Source: Proteromonas lacertae (Eukaryota). Taken from it: a DNA stretch of 47,693 nt. Positions 26,431 to 38,864 of the stretch are shown piece by piece. The number at the start of each line of letters is the position of its first letter. Positions within the stretch are counted from its first letter, which is position 1. The notes beneath the pieces were generated by a model. The model ran no database searches and was not told where the DNA came from. It was given only the letters and a program-made list of their open reading frames with translations. Position numbers and translations under genes: made by a program. The stretch covers positions 1 through 47,693 of the forward strand of contig NGBS01001208.1 in NCBI GenBank assembly GCA_002245135.1, given 5' to 3'.

Positions 26431-29400
26431 ATGGATGATGAACTACATACAGAAGCTAAGAAAAATTTAGCATCTGATGTTTTAACTAATAATGAGGAAG
26501 GTATTCTTAGTTATTTATTATTTATTTTATGTAATTAGATTCTAGGGAAAAAAGAAGTAAAACATTCGATGAATTCTTGATGTCTATTACCTCTCATCAG
26601 AAATTTATTAATCTTAATATTACTAAAGGGTTAAAATTACACAATGCACTATATAAATTTAAAGAATATATGAATGAAGGGGTGTATCATTATAAATTCC
26701 AAATTAATCAGTTTAATGATTTTGTTTCTATTGGCTATAGTCTACAGTATGATGTTATAACAGAGAATGATCCATATATCAAGTTATTAAGTGATAAATA
26801 TGAAGTATTTAATGGAATAGAAAAAACAATTATTACAAGAAATGTACAAACAATATACGAAGTGATTTGTGATATGAATAGATATGAACTATCAATCAAA
26901 GAAGGAAATGGTGAATTAATAAAAATTTTATCAATTAAACCAACAAGGATAATTTATCTATTTGCTGAAATAGGAAAGAATAGTGAAGTTGAGTTGGTAG
27001 ATTATTATAAGCTTCCATTATTTATACAAAGATATAAGATTGATGAAGAGGATATTAAAGATAATAATTTTAGTTTTAAAACATATTCATCCGAATTATA
27101 TAATTTTGGAATAGATGATATCAGTGATTATATAGTGTATGTAGTATGTAATCAAATATTCAAAGATAAATATAATGTAGAAGTTGTAACAGGAGAAGAA
27201 AAAGAAGAGGAAGAAGAGGAAGAAGATGAGGAAGAAGAAGCTGAAGTTGATGAAGATGATAATAATGATAAATCCACATATTCATCTACAAGTGATTCAG
27301 AATTGCAAGAAAAAGCTGAAGATTCATCATTACAAAATGGAACAGAAGATGATAAAGCTATGGAAGAAGAGAAAAAGAAATGTCTTTTTACTATAAATGA
27401 AGAAATGAAAGAGAATGATGGAGTTTATCATTTCTATTATGAAATAATGAGTGTTGGTAAAGCAGGTATTGGCTTTGGTTTTTCTCAAAATCGAATTTCA
27501 TCTGAAGTATTAAATATTCAACCTAAAGTAGGAGAAATATATGAAGTAATATATGATATGATATATATGCAAATGCGTATTTTAAAAGATGGATGTAAAA
27601 TAAATGATGAACAAGCCTTACCCACATCAACTAACTCATCTGTAATTATTAACCCAAGTATTAGTATTAGTGACAAAAATGGATCAGTGAAATTAATAGA
27701 ATATTACAAAGAAAGACAAAATTATGGATTTAATGATATTTCGATATATAAAAATACAAGAATTGATGAAATGGAAGCTTATAGAGGATATAAGAGAATA
27801 AGTACAGTAGTCTTAGGATTACCAAATACTATTTATGGAATGTATAATTATGAAAAGTATTACTGGATGACTGAATTATCATTAATAAAGGCTAATGCAC
27901 CAAACACTGATATTACTCCAATAAAGGAAATTATAAAATCCAGATTTATATTAAGTGATCAACAAAAGATATATATAAATCAAAGTGATGTTATTGATTT
28001 ATTGATTTTCTTAAACTGTTATGGTGATGAGAAAATAAATTTAGATAAACCTGATAGTTTCGTTAAAATAATGAATAGTTTATATATTGTTAAACATAAT
28101 AAACTAGATGAGAATGGTCATGATGTTGTACCTGTTCAACAAAAAGACTATTTACATTTTGAAAAAGCAAAGAATGATGTTTTCCAGTTCCCTGTAAATG
28201 AAATATACATAAGAGATGATTATTACACAATGTTTCGTGATATTTTTACTCTGATTAAAAGTTTTACCTTTGTAGTAGTAACAGGTCAACCAGGTATTGG
28301 TAAAACATCGTTTATATATGTTTTATTATACTTTCTGAAGAGTTTATATAAGATGGAAGAGTTACCTAAAGAAATAAATGACATTATAAATGATTTGAAA
28401 AAATTAGGTGTAGAAAATACAAGTGAATCTAATCCTGAGAATGAAATTAATAGAATATCTGAAGAAATAAGCTGTTTATATAAACAACTGTGTTATATTA
28501 TAGATATATTAAGTTCCAAAATAGGAGATAAACTTTTAGATGATATTCTTATAAATGATCATTTGAAGTGTATTGGGGATACTATTAATGAAATCAATAG
28601 TGCAAAAGATTATTATAAATTAGAAATAGATGAAATAACAGATGATAATAAGTACAAAGAATATGAATGTCAATCTGTATTGGATCTAGCCGAAGAAGGA
28701 TATAATTTATCATTAAAAATAAAGGAAAGAATGAAAATGATAGATAATCTAACTCTCATTAAGAGATTATTGAAAACAAAAACAGATGAACTAAATGTAA
28801 TCAATGAATATACAAAATATCTTGGCAAATTGGGGATAAAATTGGATAATGGGACTTTAGATGATACATGGAAAAGGAAAGATAAAAGGTTGAAAGATGT
28901 TTATATTGTAAAAGGAAAGAGATTTGGAGCTACGAATGAAAAGAAAATATATTTAATGAAGTGTGGTTATATCTTTAAAATTGAAATTGATTTGACAAGT
29001 ATTAACGATTCAATAATCATAGTTGATACTTTTAATTATAAATTCGGAGATAATAACAAAATCATCTCAATAAGTTCACCTGAAATTGAAAACTATAACA
29101 GATATAACAATGACGATGTTAAATATAGAGAAATGTATTTTGATTCTTTAAATAACACAGAAATTAGGGAGTGGTTTAAATATTGCACAGGTTTTACTAA
29201 TAGTGTTGAAGATAATGAATTTAAAAGAATATGTGAAAGATATGGAAATATTCCTCGACAAATATATTACCACTATCTATATGATAGAAATTATGGAAGA
29301 GATTATTGGGATTATTATAAACAGTTGATAGAAGGAGTAATAGGTGAAATTGGTTATAATGAGATTGAAAAAGAATATCAATATAAAAGTAATTTAAAGT

Positions 29401-30925
29401 ATACTCCGTTATCCAACATTATATTGAAATATGATTTACAACCAGAATGGGATGAAGATGTAAAACATAATATATTAAAACCACAAAAAGAATTAATATA
29501 TATTTCCAATTCAGTTAAAAATTATGTAAATTGTAAATTCTATCCACCAAAGGATGAAGAAGAATATAAAAACCTTGAAGAGAATTATAGAAAAATAACT
29601 GATAAATATATGCAAAGAATGATAGCAAAGCAAATAGTAGCGTATAAATTAAGCCATGAGGAGATTAATCTAAAAAAGGAAGTAGAAAATACTCATTTCA
29701 AATTAAATTCTAAAAAAAATGTATCTGTCTGTTATAATAAAAAAGTCAAAAAACTTGTTCATTTTATATTGGATGAGAATAATTTCTTTGATCTAATTAT
29801 GGATGGAGTATTTATAAAAGTCTTATTAGAAGATAAGGAATTAGATAATGGCGAAAAGTTTGATGAAAATAAAGTACCTTATGATATTAAAAAGAGAATG
29901 GAAGAATCTATAAAAGTATATATATATTCTATATATTTATAATAAAATAGGATTATAACGAGAATGATAGTAATAGTTTTGAGTGTTGCGTAATAATATA
30001 CCCTAAACCATCTGTTCCACCTAAATCACCTACACTTATATTTTATGAAGAAATGAAATTTATAGAACCACTACTTCCACAATTAGGATCATTAGATAAA
30101 TCACTAACACCAACAGAACCAATTGAAATAGAAAATTTTAAATCATGTGATCCTGATTATTACATGAGAAAATGTTATAAAGATATGTTAAAGATTATAT
30201 GTAAAGGTAATTATGATTTTTCATATCAAAGAAATTATTTAATATTTGGTAATAAAGGTATTGGTAAGACAGTATTAGCTAAAATACTTAAATACAACAT
30301 TATTAAGAATAGTGAAGAAAAGGGAAATCAAATTCAAGCATTTATAGATTCTTCAGGCTCTCTTACAGATAATTATGATAATAATAAACCATATGTTGTT
30401 ATTGTTAATGGAACTACTGTTGGTGAAGATGATTATGCTGATGCAAAAATGGTTATAATGTTATCTAGTCCATGTGATGAGAAGTGTAAAACATTTGAAA
30501 GTAAAAGATTTCCATTGTTGATGTATATACCTCCACTTACAAAAGAAGAAGTAGAAAAAGTAAAACGATTTGATTATAGAAATTCAAATCTAGAATCTAA
30601 GATAATAGAAAATCAAATTAAATCATATATTGATAATTATGAATATTATGGAGGTGTAATAGGAAATTATAATCGAGATGATAATATAAATTTGAAGAAT
30701 GAATTAAGAAATATTGTAGATAAGAATCTCATTAAAGAAATGCTGAGAGGTATAAGTAAGTCTCAATATGACAGAATAATTATATATAAAACATATGAAG
30801 ATGATGTTACTAGATGTGGTAATCTTAGATTTATATCTAAAACAATTAGAGATATGGTATTTAGTATACTGTTTGAAAGCGCTGAAGGTTGTGATAGTAT
30901 GATGAAAGCTTTGGAAAAAAAATGA
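26431..30925 (+). CDS. SPRY-like x2 / Crinkler-RHS-like P-loop NTPase / degenerate REase-like / second NTPase protein, paralogue 1 (~1,473 aa)
   Basis: join(26431..26500, 26539..29915, 29951..30925), with 38- and 35-nt GT-AG introns, is fully in frame. Walker A motifs GQPGIGKT (28284) and GNKGIGKT (30248). Further motifs IIIVD, ISISSP, YGNIPRQI and MYIPPLTKEE. Confidence 0.8.
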
Positions 30926-31194
30926 AACTGGTATTGGTTAAACAGGAGGCTTTTATGAAGGTGTCATATTGTATTTGATGAAGAATTAATTTTCATAAGT
31001 GATAAAATCATCTATTTGTTTCAAGCAAAATTACCACTAATATAATATACTATATTTAACTAAATAACAGAAATCATATCATACAATATTATCAATCTAA
31101 TTTTATTATAACAATACAAACCACTTTAAATAATTTAAAGTATTATCTCCTCATATATCTCGAGAAAGATGAAAATTGATTTTATTTTCATTAT

Positions 31195-31306
31195 CATTGG
31201 TTGTAATGGATTGAATTGATTGGTAAAATTGGAGCTATTTGATTGGTTACACGTGGAGTTATTTGATTGGCTATTCATTCAAAATATAATTACATTTATC
31301 TCAGCT
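31195..31306 (+). promoter_or_regulatory. Promoter block with four phased inverted CCAAT boxes upstream of NTPase paralogue 2
   Basis: (C/G)ATTGG at 31195, 31218, 31241 and 31265 (spacing 23/23/24). The 66-bp block is shared with the paralogue 1 promoter. Confidence 0.7.
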
Positions 31307-31377
31307 ATTAGTTCATTTTAAACCATTATTATATATAATTTGGAAGTGATAGAATATATACAGTTCAGATTTAGAAA

Positions 31378-34300
31378 ATGGATATATATATAGACATTTT
31401 AAAAAAGAAAAGAAAACATGAGGAAACTTTACTAACTAATACAGCAGGATATGAAAGATCCTTGTATAATATAACTAAGAAAGTAGAAGACAAGAATTGC
31501 TACTACTTTAGTGTGTGTATGAAAGAAGGAGTGTATCATTTCAATGTCAAAATAACGAAATTGAATGACTTTTTATGTTTTGGATATTATTGTTTTGCTT
31601 CACAAGATAGTTTTGGTTATATCAAGTTAAAAACTGATTCAGCTGAAGCGTTTGATAAAGATAATGGAGGAGAGACTATTTCTGGTATTAAAGCCGAAGA
31701 AGGTGTTGAATACGAATTAATTTATGATATGAATTTTAAGACAATGTCTATTAGATATGGAAACGGAATGAAAATGAAAGTGTTAGATGGTTTAGCAACT
31801 CCAATTTATCCATATATAATAAGACAGAAAGATAGTGAATATGAATTTGGTAATTGTTGTTATGTTCCACCCTTTATGATACAAAGATATGGAATTACAA
31901 GAACAATGAAAGACAAAAATAATGTTGTTACTCTCAACATAGAAGAAGATGACTTCTATAGAAATAAAAAAGTAGTTGGGGATATAATTGAATATGTTGT
32001 ATGTAATGAAGTGTTTGAAGGTAAAAATATGATAAATGAAGAAATGAGTGATGGAATATATCATTTCTATTATGAAATATTGAGTATTGGTAGTAAAGGT
32101 ATTAGTTTTGGTTATTGTGAAAATGCAGATTCATCATATGAAATATATCCATACATCAAATTATTAGATGGTTCATCTCTGAAGATTGAAAACAATCTTT
32201 CAACACCAATACCAAATATTAGTGGTAAAGTAGAAGAAATATATGAAGTGATATATGATATGATCAACAAGAGAATGTATATAAGACAAGAAGATGGTGG
32301 TACAGAACTAATATCAGCAAACTTACCTCAATTAATCTATCCATATATTAGTTTTGGTGATCAAAAAGGTGAAGTGAAATTAATAGAATATTATAAAGAA
32401 AGAGTGGGTTATGAATTATATGAGAATATTGAATTATGTAATTATGAAGTAAATGTTGATGGTAATGAAGTAGTTATAAATGAAACAAATGAAAATGGTG
32501 AAGTTATAAGTACAGTGACAGTACCAAATACAATATATGGAATTTATAATTATAAGAAATATTATATGATTGAATATTTATCAAATCTAATAATAACCAA
32601 CTCATCTTATGATATTGACAATATTAAGAAAGATATATACTCTACATTTTCATTTGAAGCAAAACAATATAATAATGTGAGTAAGAGTGAAAGTATAAAT
32701 GAATTATTAGTGTTATTGAAATACTTTAATGATGATAAAGACTTACTTGATTCACCAGATAGTTTTGTAGAAGTAGTGAATAGTTTGAGAGTTGATAAAA
32801 GTGATGAAAGCAAGAAATGTTTAAGTTTTTCAGATTCAACAAAAGTATTTCAATTTCCAAATAGTAGAATATTTTTAAGAGAATGCTATTATGAAATGTT
32901 TCGTTATATTTGTAAATGTTTATCAGTAGACAAATCTGACATAATAGTAACTGGTGAACCAGGTATTGGTAAAACATCATTTATATATGTATTGTTGTAC
33001 TTCATAAGGAATAATTTCTTATATTATCCATTGAATGAAATTGTAAAGAAATATTTACAAAAAGAAGAATTAAAGAAAGAAATGGCAAACATTTCAGAAC
33101 AATTACCTAAAGATGTAAATCAGCATGAAGAAATTAAAACTCTTGAACATATTATAAAAGAATTCATTACATCGAATTATGATATGTTAAGAAGTCTTAT
33201 TGAAACTAAGAAATGTAATCCTACTTTAAAAAGTAGTTATGTCATAACTAATGGAAAGTATACAATCACTGATTTAAATGAAAGTATTTCACTTACCTAC
33301 AGAGATAAAGATAATTGTTTTAGATATGTATTAGATACTATATATAAAACCAATGTTAATTATATAAACTATAATATTTCTACATTAATTGATAATACTA
33401 AGATTAATGAATATAAGAATGACTGTATGAATGGTAATGTTTCATTCGATGTAGTTGTAGAAGCATATCTATTGGCATTAAGAATAATGAGAGGAATTGA
33501 TTATGTCGAAATGTATGAAACATGGAAGACAAAAGAAATAGAAGTAAATAAAATAATAACAGAAGATAATCCAAATTATGATGATTTGATAAAAGAAGGA
33601 TTGACTTATCATATTGATGATAAGGTGATAAATAGTGATAATAATGTATGGAAGAAAAATGATGGAAAATTTAAAGATATTTACATAGTGAAAGGGAAAA
33701 AACATGGAAATGATGGTGATAAGAAAATATATTTAATGAAAGAAGGTGTAATTTTTAGAATTAAAATTAAATTGAATGAGATAAAAGATTCTATAATAAT
33801 AGTTGACACTTTTAATGAAGAATTCCATATAAGTAACAAAGTCATTTCCATCAGTTCACCTGATCATAGTAACAATCAACTATACAAAAAGAAATTTCTA
33901 TTATATAAAGAATTATATTTTGATTCATTATCACATAAAGAAATAGAAGACTGGTTTGATAAGTGTATAGGTTTTGATAAAGATTCTATTAATCGTGATA
34001 CTAATAGAGGTAATGTTAATAATTTTGAAAGTATATGTAAAAAGTATGGTAATATTCCTCGCCAAATATATTACCATTTTTTATATTATAATAATTATGA
34101 TAAAAGAGATTATTGGATATATTATAAGCAGTTAATAGACAGTGTAATAAAAACAACTGGTTATAATGATTTATTAGAGAAATATATGAAGAAAGAGAAT
34201 TTACCAGGTCATGATTTATTTAATATTATATTGAAATATGATTTACAGTTAAAATGGGATAATGATTTAAAAGAATGTATATTACAGCCAAAAGAAAAAT

Positions 34301-35776
34301 TGAAATTCATTTCTGAAGATGTAGAAAAATATATAGTATGTAAATTCTATCCACCTAGAAATGTAGATGAATTTAGACAGATTGAAGAATATTATAAACC
34401 TAATAATGAGAAGCTTATAAGAGAGATGGCTTTAAAACAAATTGTAGCATATAAATTAAGTAAAGAAGAGATTCAGCTTTATGATAATAATAAAAAATCA
34501 TATGACTTATTTACAACAACAGTTGCAGCTACAGCTAAAGCTAAAGGTAACATTGTAAGTGATCCAAATTTCGTATTAAATTCTAAGAAAGAAGTATATG
34601 TTTATAATGCTGTTAATGGATTGAATTTTGTTTACTATATTTTGGATGAAGATAATTTCTTTGATTTGATAATGAATGGAGTGTTTATAAAAGTGTTATT
34701 AGAAAATGAAAACATTGATGTGAGTAGGGATGGAGAAATAATGGCAAGATCGATAGAAGTATTAAAATATTATGTATATATATATAATAAAATAGGCATA
34801 CAGTGAGAATAAAGAACAGATATTTAAGTATTGTGGAATAAAATACACACAGTATTATCAAAATAAATCACCTGAATTAATATTTAATACAAAATTCCCA
34901 ATTAAAAATACAACATCATGATCAACATCAGCGACATCATTAGCAGAATCATTATCAATGGCAGAATCATTACATCCTCTAATACCAACATTGAATGATC
35001 TAATAATACAAAATTTTGATATATATATAGGACTTGATATATATGTTATGAGAAAATGTTTCAAAGATATGTGGGATATTATTTCAAAAGATAATTTCGA
35101 TTTTGAATATCAAAGAAATTATTTAATACTTGGTCATAGTAAAATTGGTAAAACAATATTAGCTGATTTTATTAGTGCTAAATTTAAAGAAAAGTCTATA
35201 AGTATTCGTGATAAGGCAAATCATATAGACAAACCATTTGCAGTAATTTCTGATGGAGAAATTATTGGTGAAGATGATTATTCTGATGCTAAAATGATAA
35301 TAATAATAGCTGATGCATATGATAATAAGTATAAAACATTTCAAAGTAAAAGATGTCCTTTGGTGATGTATATACCTCCATTTACAGAAGAAGAAGTAAA
35401 TGAAGTTGCCTTATTAAACAGTTTAGATTTTACAGAAACAATCCAAACCAGTTTTACTAATTATGATAGTATAAAGAATAAAATTAAATTCTATGGAGAC
35501 AGATATGTTGCTAATATTATTAAATTTAATAAAAACTATTCATATTATGGAGGTATTATTGGTAATTCTATATCATATAATAAGGAGACTGTTGATCGTA
35601 TAATAAAAGAAGTAAATCAAAATACTCTTGTAGAAATTATAAAAGGTATAACTATTTCATCTCTTTCAAAGTCTTATTATAAATTTATATTTATATATGA
35701 AACAGATGAAAATGATGTAACAAAATCTGGTAAGCTTAGATTTATATCTGAGACGATAAGAGAAATTCGTAGATGA
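31378..35776 (+). CDS. Paralogue 2 of the SPRY-like/dual-NTPase family; one in-frame TGA in the inter-domain linker
   Basis: Exon 31378-34758 is followed by a 37-nt intron (34759-34795) at the same position as in paralogue 1. The next exon is in frame with ORF 34958..35776 except for TGA at 34919-34921. Walker A motifs GEPGIGKT (32953) and GHSKIGKT (35132). Confidence 0.75.
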
Positions 35777-35862
35777 TATTACCCATTATTTATAAATGAT
35801 TTTTTCTTTCTTCATTGTTTATAAATGATCATTTTATGTTGCACAACTCTTACTATTCCAAA

Positions 35863-36979
35863 CAGGGTTGTATAAATAGGTAACCTATAGGTTATAGGTA
35901 AAACCTATAATCTAGCTTTGACCATTAGTCGGTCAAACCTCGAGCATTATTTTGTTAAAATCTATTTTAATCACTTACTGAGTAACATTTGTTTAATACA
36001 AATTATCATAATGTATAAAAGATTATTCCTGCTTCCTGTTTTACTTTAATTACCATAGTTAGAATAAGATTGGTTGAAATTGTAAAAATATCTATTCTAA
36101 TATATTAAAATTCATCTACAAACTACTCAATAGCGATATTTAACATATTTATAAACAATTTGTTATTTTGATGATTAATTTATATTGATTACTATCTCTA
36201 AAAAATAAATATTAATGTAATTATAATAATAAATCTCTATTTCTGGATATTAATAATTTGCCTTCAATAAGTCTCTTACTTTCTCAGTTTCTGAAAATAA
36301 ATAAGCATTATAAAACTCTCTTAGAGGTATAATATATCCTAGTTTGAAGCAAAACCTTCTAAATTCTGGTGAGTCTAATATTGTGGTACTGACTGCATTG
36401 AAAGCTATGAATTTAAATAGATCTTTGTTGACAAAATCTATTAAAATCACGTTTTTCCAAAACATTTTGGAGTAGTTAAAATTTTATTTCTCTAACATAC
36501 AGCAACTGAATAAAATCACAACTCTTTTGATGCGATAGGGGTTAATGTGATATCCCTATAGTTTCATATATTATAAAGTCTTATAAATATTGAGTAATTA
36601 TACATCTAAATGATCTAAATCTTAAAAAATAAAGATTTACTTAGTCAAACCATCAAGCTTGATGTTTTTTTCTTTTATTTTTTTTATTCTATAATTAATT
36701 TAATATTATGTTAATAATATGTTATTGTGAGTCATCATTGAGAAATAGATCAAAATAATAGTAATATAAAAAGTGCATCGACTGACGGTCAAATTTGATA
36801 TTTGAAAGATGATGTATAAAACATTAATTTTGTATCTATGGTTAGATTATATGCTTCTTAACTCATGTTCAATAGGAGGTCAACTAATAGTTAGTATAAG
36901 GAAGGTAAAGGTCAAGCTAAAGATATAGGTTTTGACCTATAGGTAAACCTATATTTTTTGACCGAAAAATACAACACTG
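35863..36979 (-). mobile_element. Deleted hAT-like DNA transposon
   Basis: Termini are CAGGGTTGTAT... (35863) and ...ATACAACACTG (36979). Subterminal inverted blocks are rich in ACCTATAGGT and GGTCA/TGACC. There is an internal transposase-like remnant. No matching 8-bp TSD (ATTCCAAA versus CTCTAAAT). Confidence 0.75.
36250..36465 (-). pseudogene. hAT-type transposase fragment (region upstream of the catalytic domain)
   Basis: LFKFIAFNAVSTTILDSPEFRRFCFKLGYIIPLR...VRDLL resembles the hAT 'F..v+sp.F+.....y.iP.r' segment, and it lies within the TIR pair. Confidence 0.55.
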
Positions 36980-37180
36980 CTCTAAATGATTGTAAGTGTG
37001 AAAATATAGGAATACAATGAAATAGTAAATACTCATGATTTTATGTTAATGTACATGATTTTATGATTAGAAACACATAATACATAAGAGGTCAATTAAT
37101 AGTAACTAGAGGCAACTGTCGGTCCTACTTCAGATAGGTTTTACTGTGATTGATTTATACAACTTTTGTTTATCAAAATA

Positions 37181-37545
37181 TCACCAATATTCAGATAATC
37201 CCATATATTTGTTTTTCAACAACACCTGTCTTTCCATCTTTACATAATATAAGCAGTCATTGAATAAAAAAGTTACTGGCAATTCACCAGCAGCTGGATA
37301 TGTATTGGATATTACTTGAAGATAAACATTTGTATAATAAATTCCATTAAGATTTCTTTCACCAACTACATATAATGTTTCTTTCATTAATTAGAATGGT
37401 GTTTCACTGAATTTACCTTCACTGAATGTTATACCAGCTGGTAAAGCAGGATAATCAGGTAAAATCCATTCTAACACATTATATTTAATGTTAGGTGTTA
37501 AATCAAATGTTCTATCAATATACAAAGTATTCTTTTTTAGTTGGA
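37181..37545 (-). pseudogene. Fragment of a putative Ig-like (He_PIG-type) surface-protein gene
   Basis: Minus strand reads ...NVLEWILPDYPALPAGITFSEGKFSETPF*LMKETLYVVGERN..., which resembles the LPxGL/ITF..G.ISGTP motif. It is interrupted by a stop. Confidence 0.4.
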
Positions 37546-38864
37546 TAAATTAATGTTGCTAGAACGAATGTGAAATTCGATTGTTATACAGCTAATATGG
37601 ATATCATATCAAATTTATTAAGAACAGTTGCATTTATTACAGCTTCAAAGAATTATCGAAATACAATAATCTCAATTACATCGAATATCATAAAATCTAA
37701 TGCTTCTAAAAATGATTTACATTCTTCTTCACCTGATATGGCTTATTCCTCTGTAATTGTAAAACAAACTGATATTTATGAAGAACCACAAACTAGATCA
37801 GCTGCTAGTAAGACTGGAGAAGTAATTTGTATTTCATTTGATAATTTACAGAATCAATATTTCATATTTTCTCTATAATATTAATATAAATTGTTATATC
37901 AAGAGAAAAATAAGAAAAGAATAATATGAAACGGACATAATTTCAGTTAAAAATTAAAAATCAATTATATCAATATATATAAAGTCAATAATTCATTCTT
38001 CACTTTATAAATATTTGTTAGTCTATATTTTATAATTATAAGCTGTAATTATCTTCTTATTTGTTCGTTATGTGTTTGTGTAGTGTAGTAGAATGTTTAT
38101 AAGTTCAATACAGAGAATATGTGATAAATAATGTATGATTAAAATAATTGTTAAATATTGATATAATAAGATATATAGTTAGTGATTAAATGAAAGTACT
38201 ACTTTAATGTTAAGAATGAGTATAATTTGACAAATTTAAGTAATGTTGAACTTGTTGGTATGGTAATAGTGGTAGTGCATTAAGAAGGGACACAAATTAT
38301 GAAAAATATTTATCAAGGTGCTGTATGAATAGCTTTATTGGATGGTTGAAGTGGTTTAATTAGTGTAAAGATGATGAGAATGCAAGTAGATATCATTTAT
38401 GAAGTAGCATTTATGAAATGAGATCGAGATTATGAATTATTAGTGTTATAATCAGACTATCCTCATCAATTCTCATCTACAGGTCATATCAATTCCTTTC
38501 AAGTGAATATCGAGGATGAAATGATATTTAGTAATAATTATATTTAATATTTTCATCACCTGATAATAAGAGTGTTTCAGTAGTTATACCTATATCAATA
38601 TCCATGCTGTGATAGAATTGAAAGGAATATTGATCTATTTAGAAGTAGAAGGATTTACAATAAAAGAATTCATTCACTTCAAAATCCAACATAAATTATA
38701 TTGGATTTACCTAATTTTATGTAATTTACACGTCACTTTAATCAATTTTTTTCTCGTTTTTTGTTTTTACATTGGTATTCCTGGAGCGATGAGTATTGTA
38801 AATGAATCGAGCAATGTTAGTATAGGAGATGATGACAGAGTGAATAGAAGTGATTCTGAGAGTG

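Noticed and set aside
34919..34921. Alternative genetic code (TGA or TAA reassigned) to explain in-frame stops
   Set aside because: The 6,872-codon ORF and the conserved genes contain no internal stops, use TGG for Trp, and end in normal stops. In-frame stops are confined to decaying copies.
37570..37878. 102-aa plus-strand ORF
   Set aside because: It looks coding-like, but I recognise no motif, start context or exon partners. It is probably another gene fragment, so I left it uncalled.
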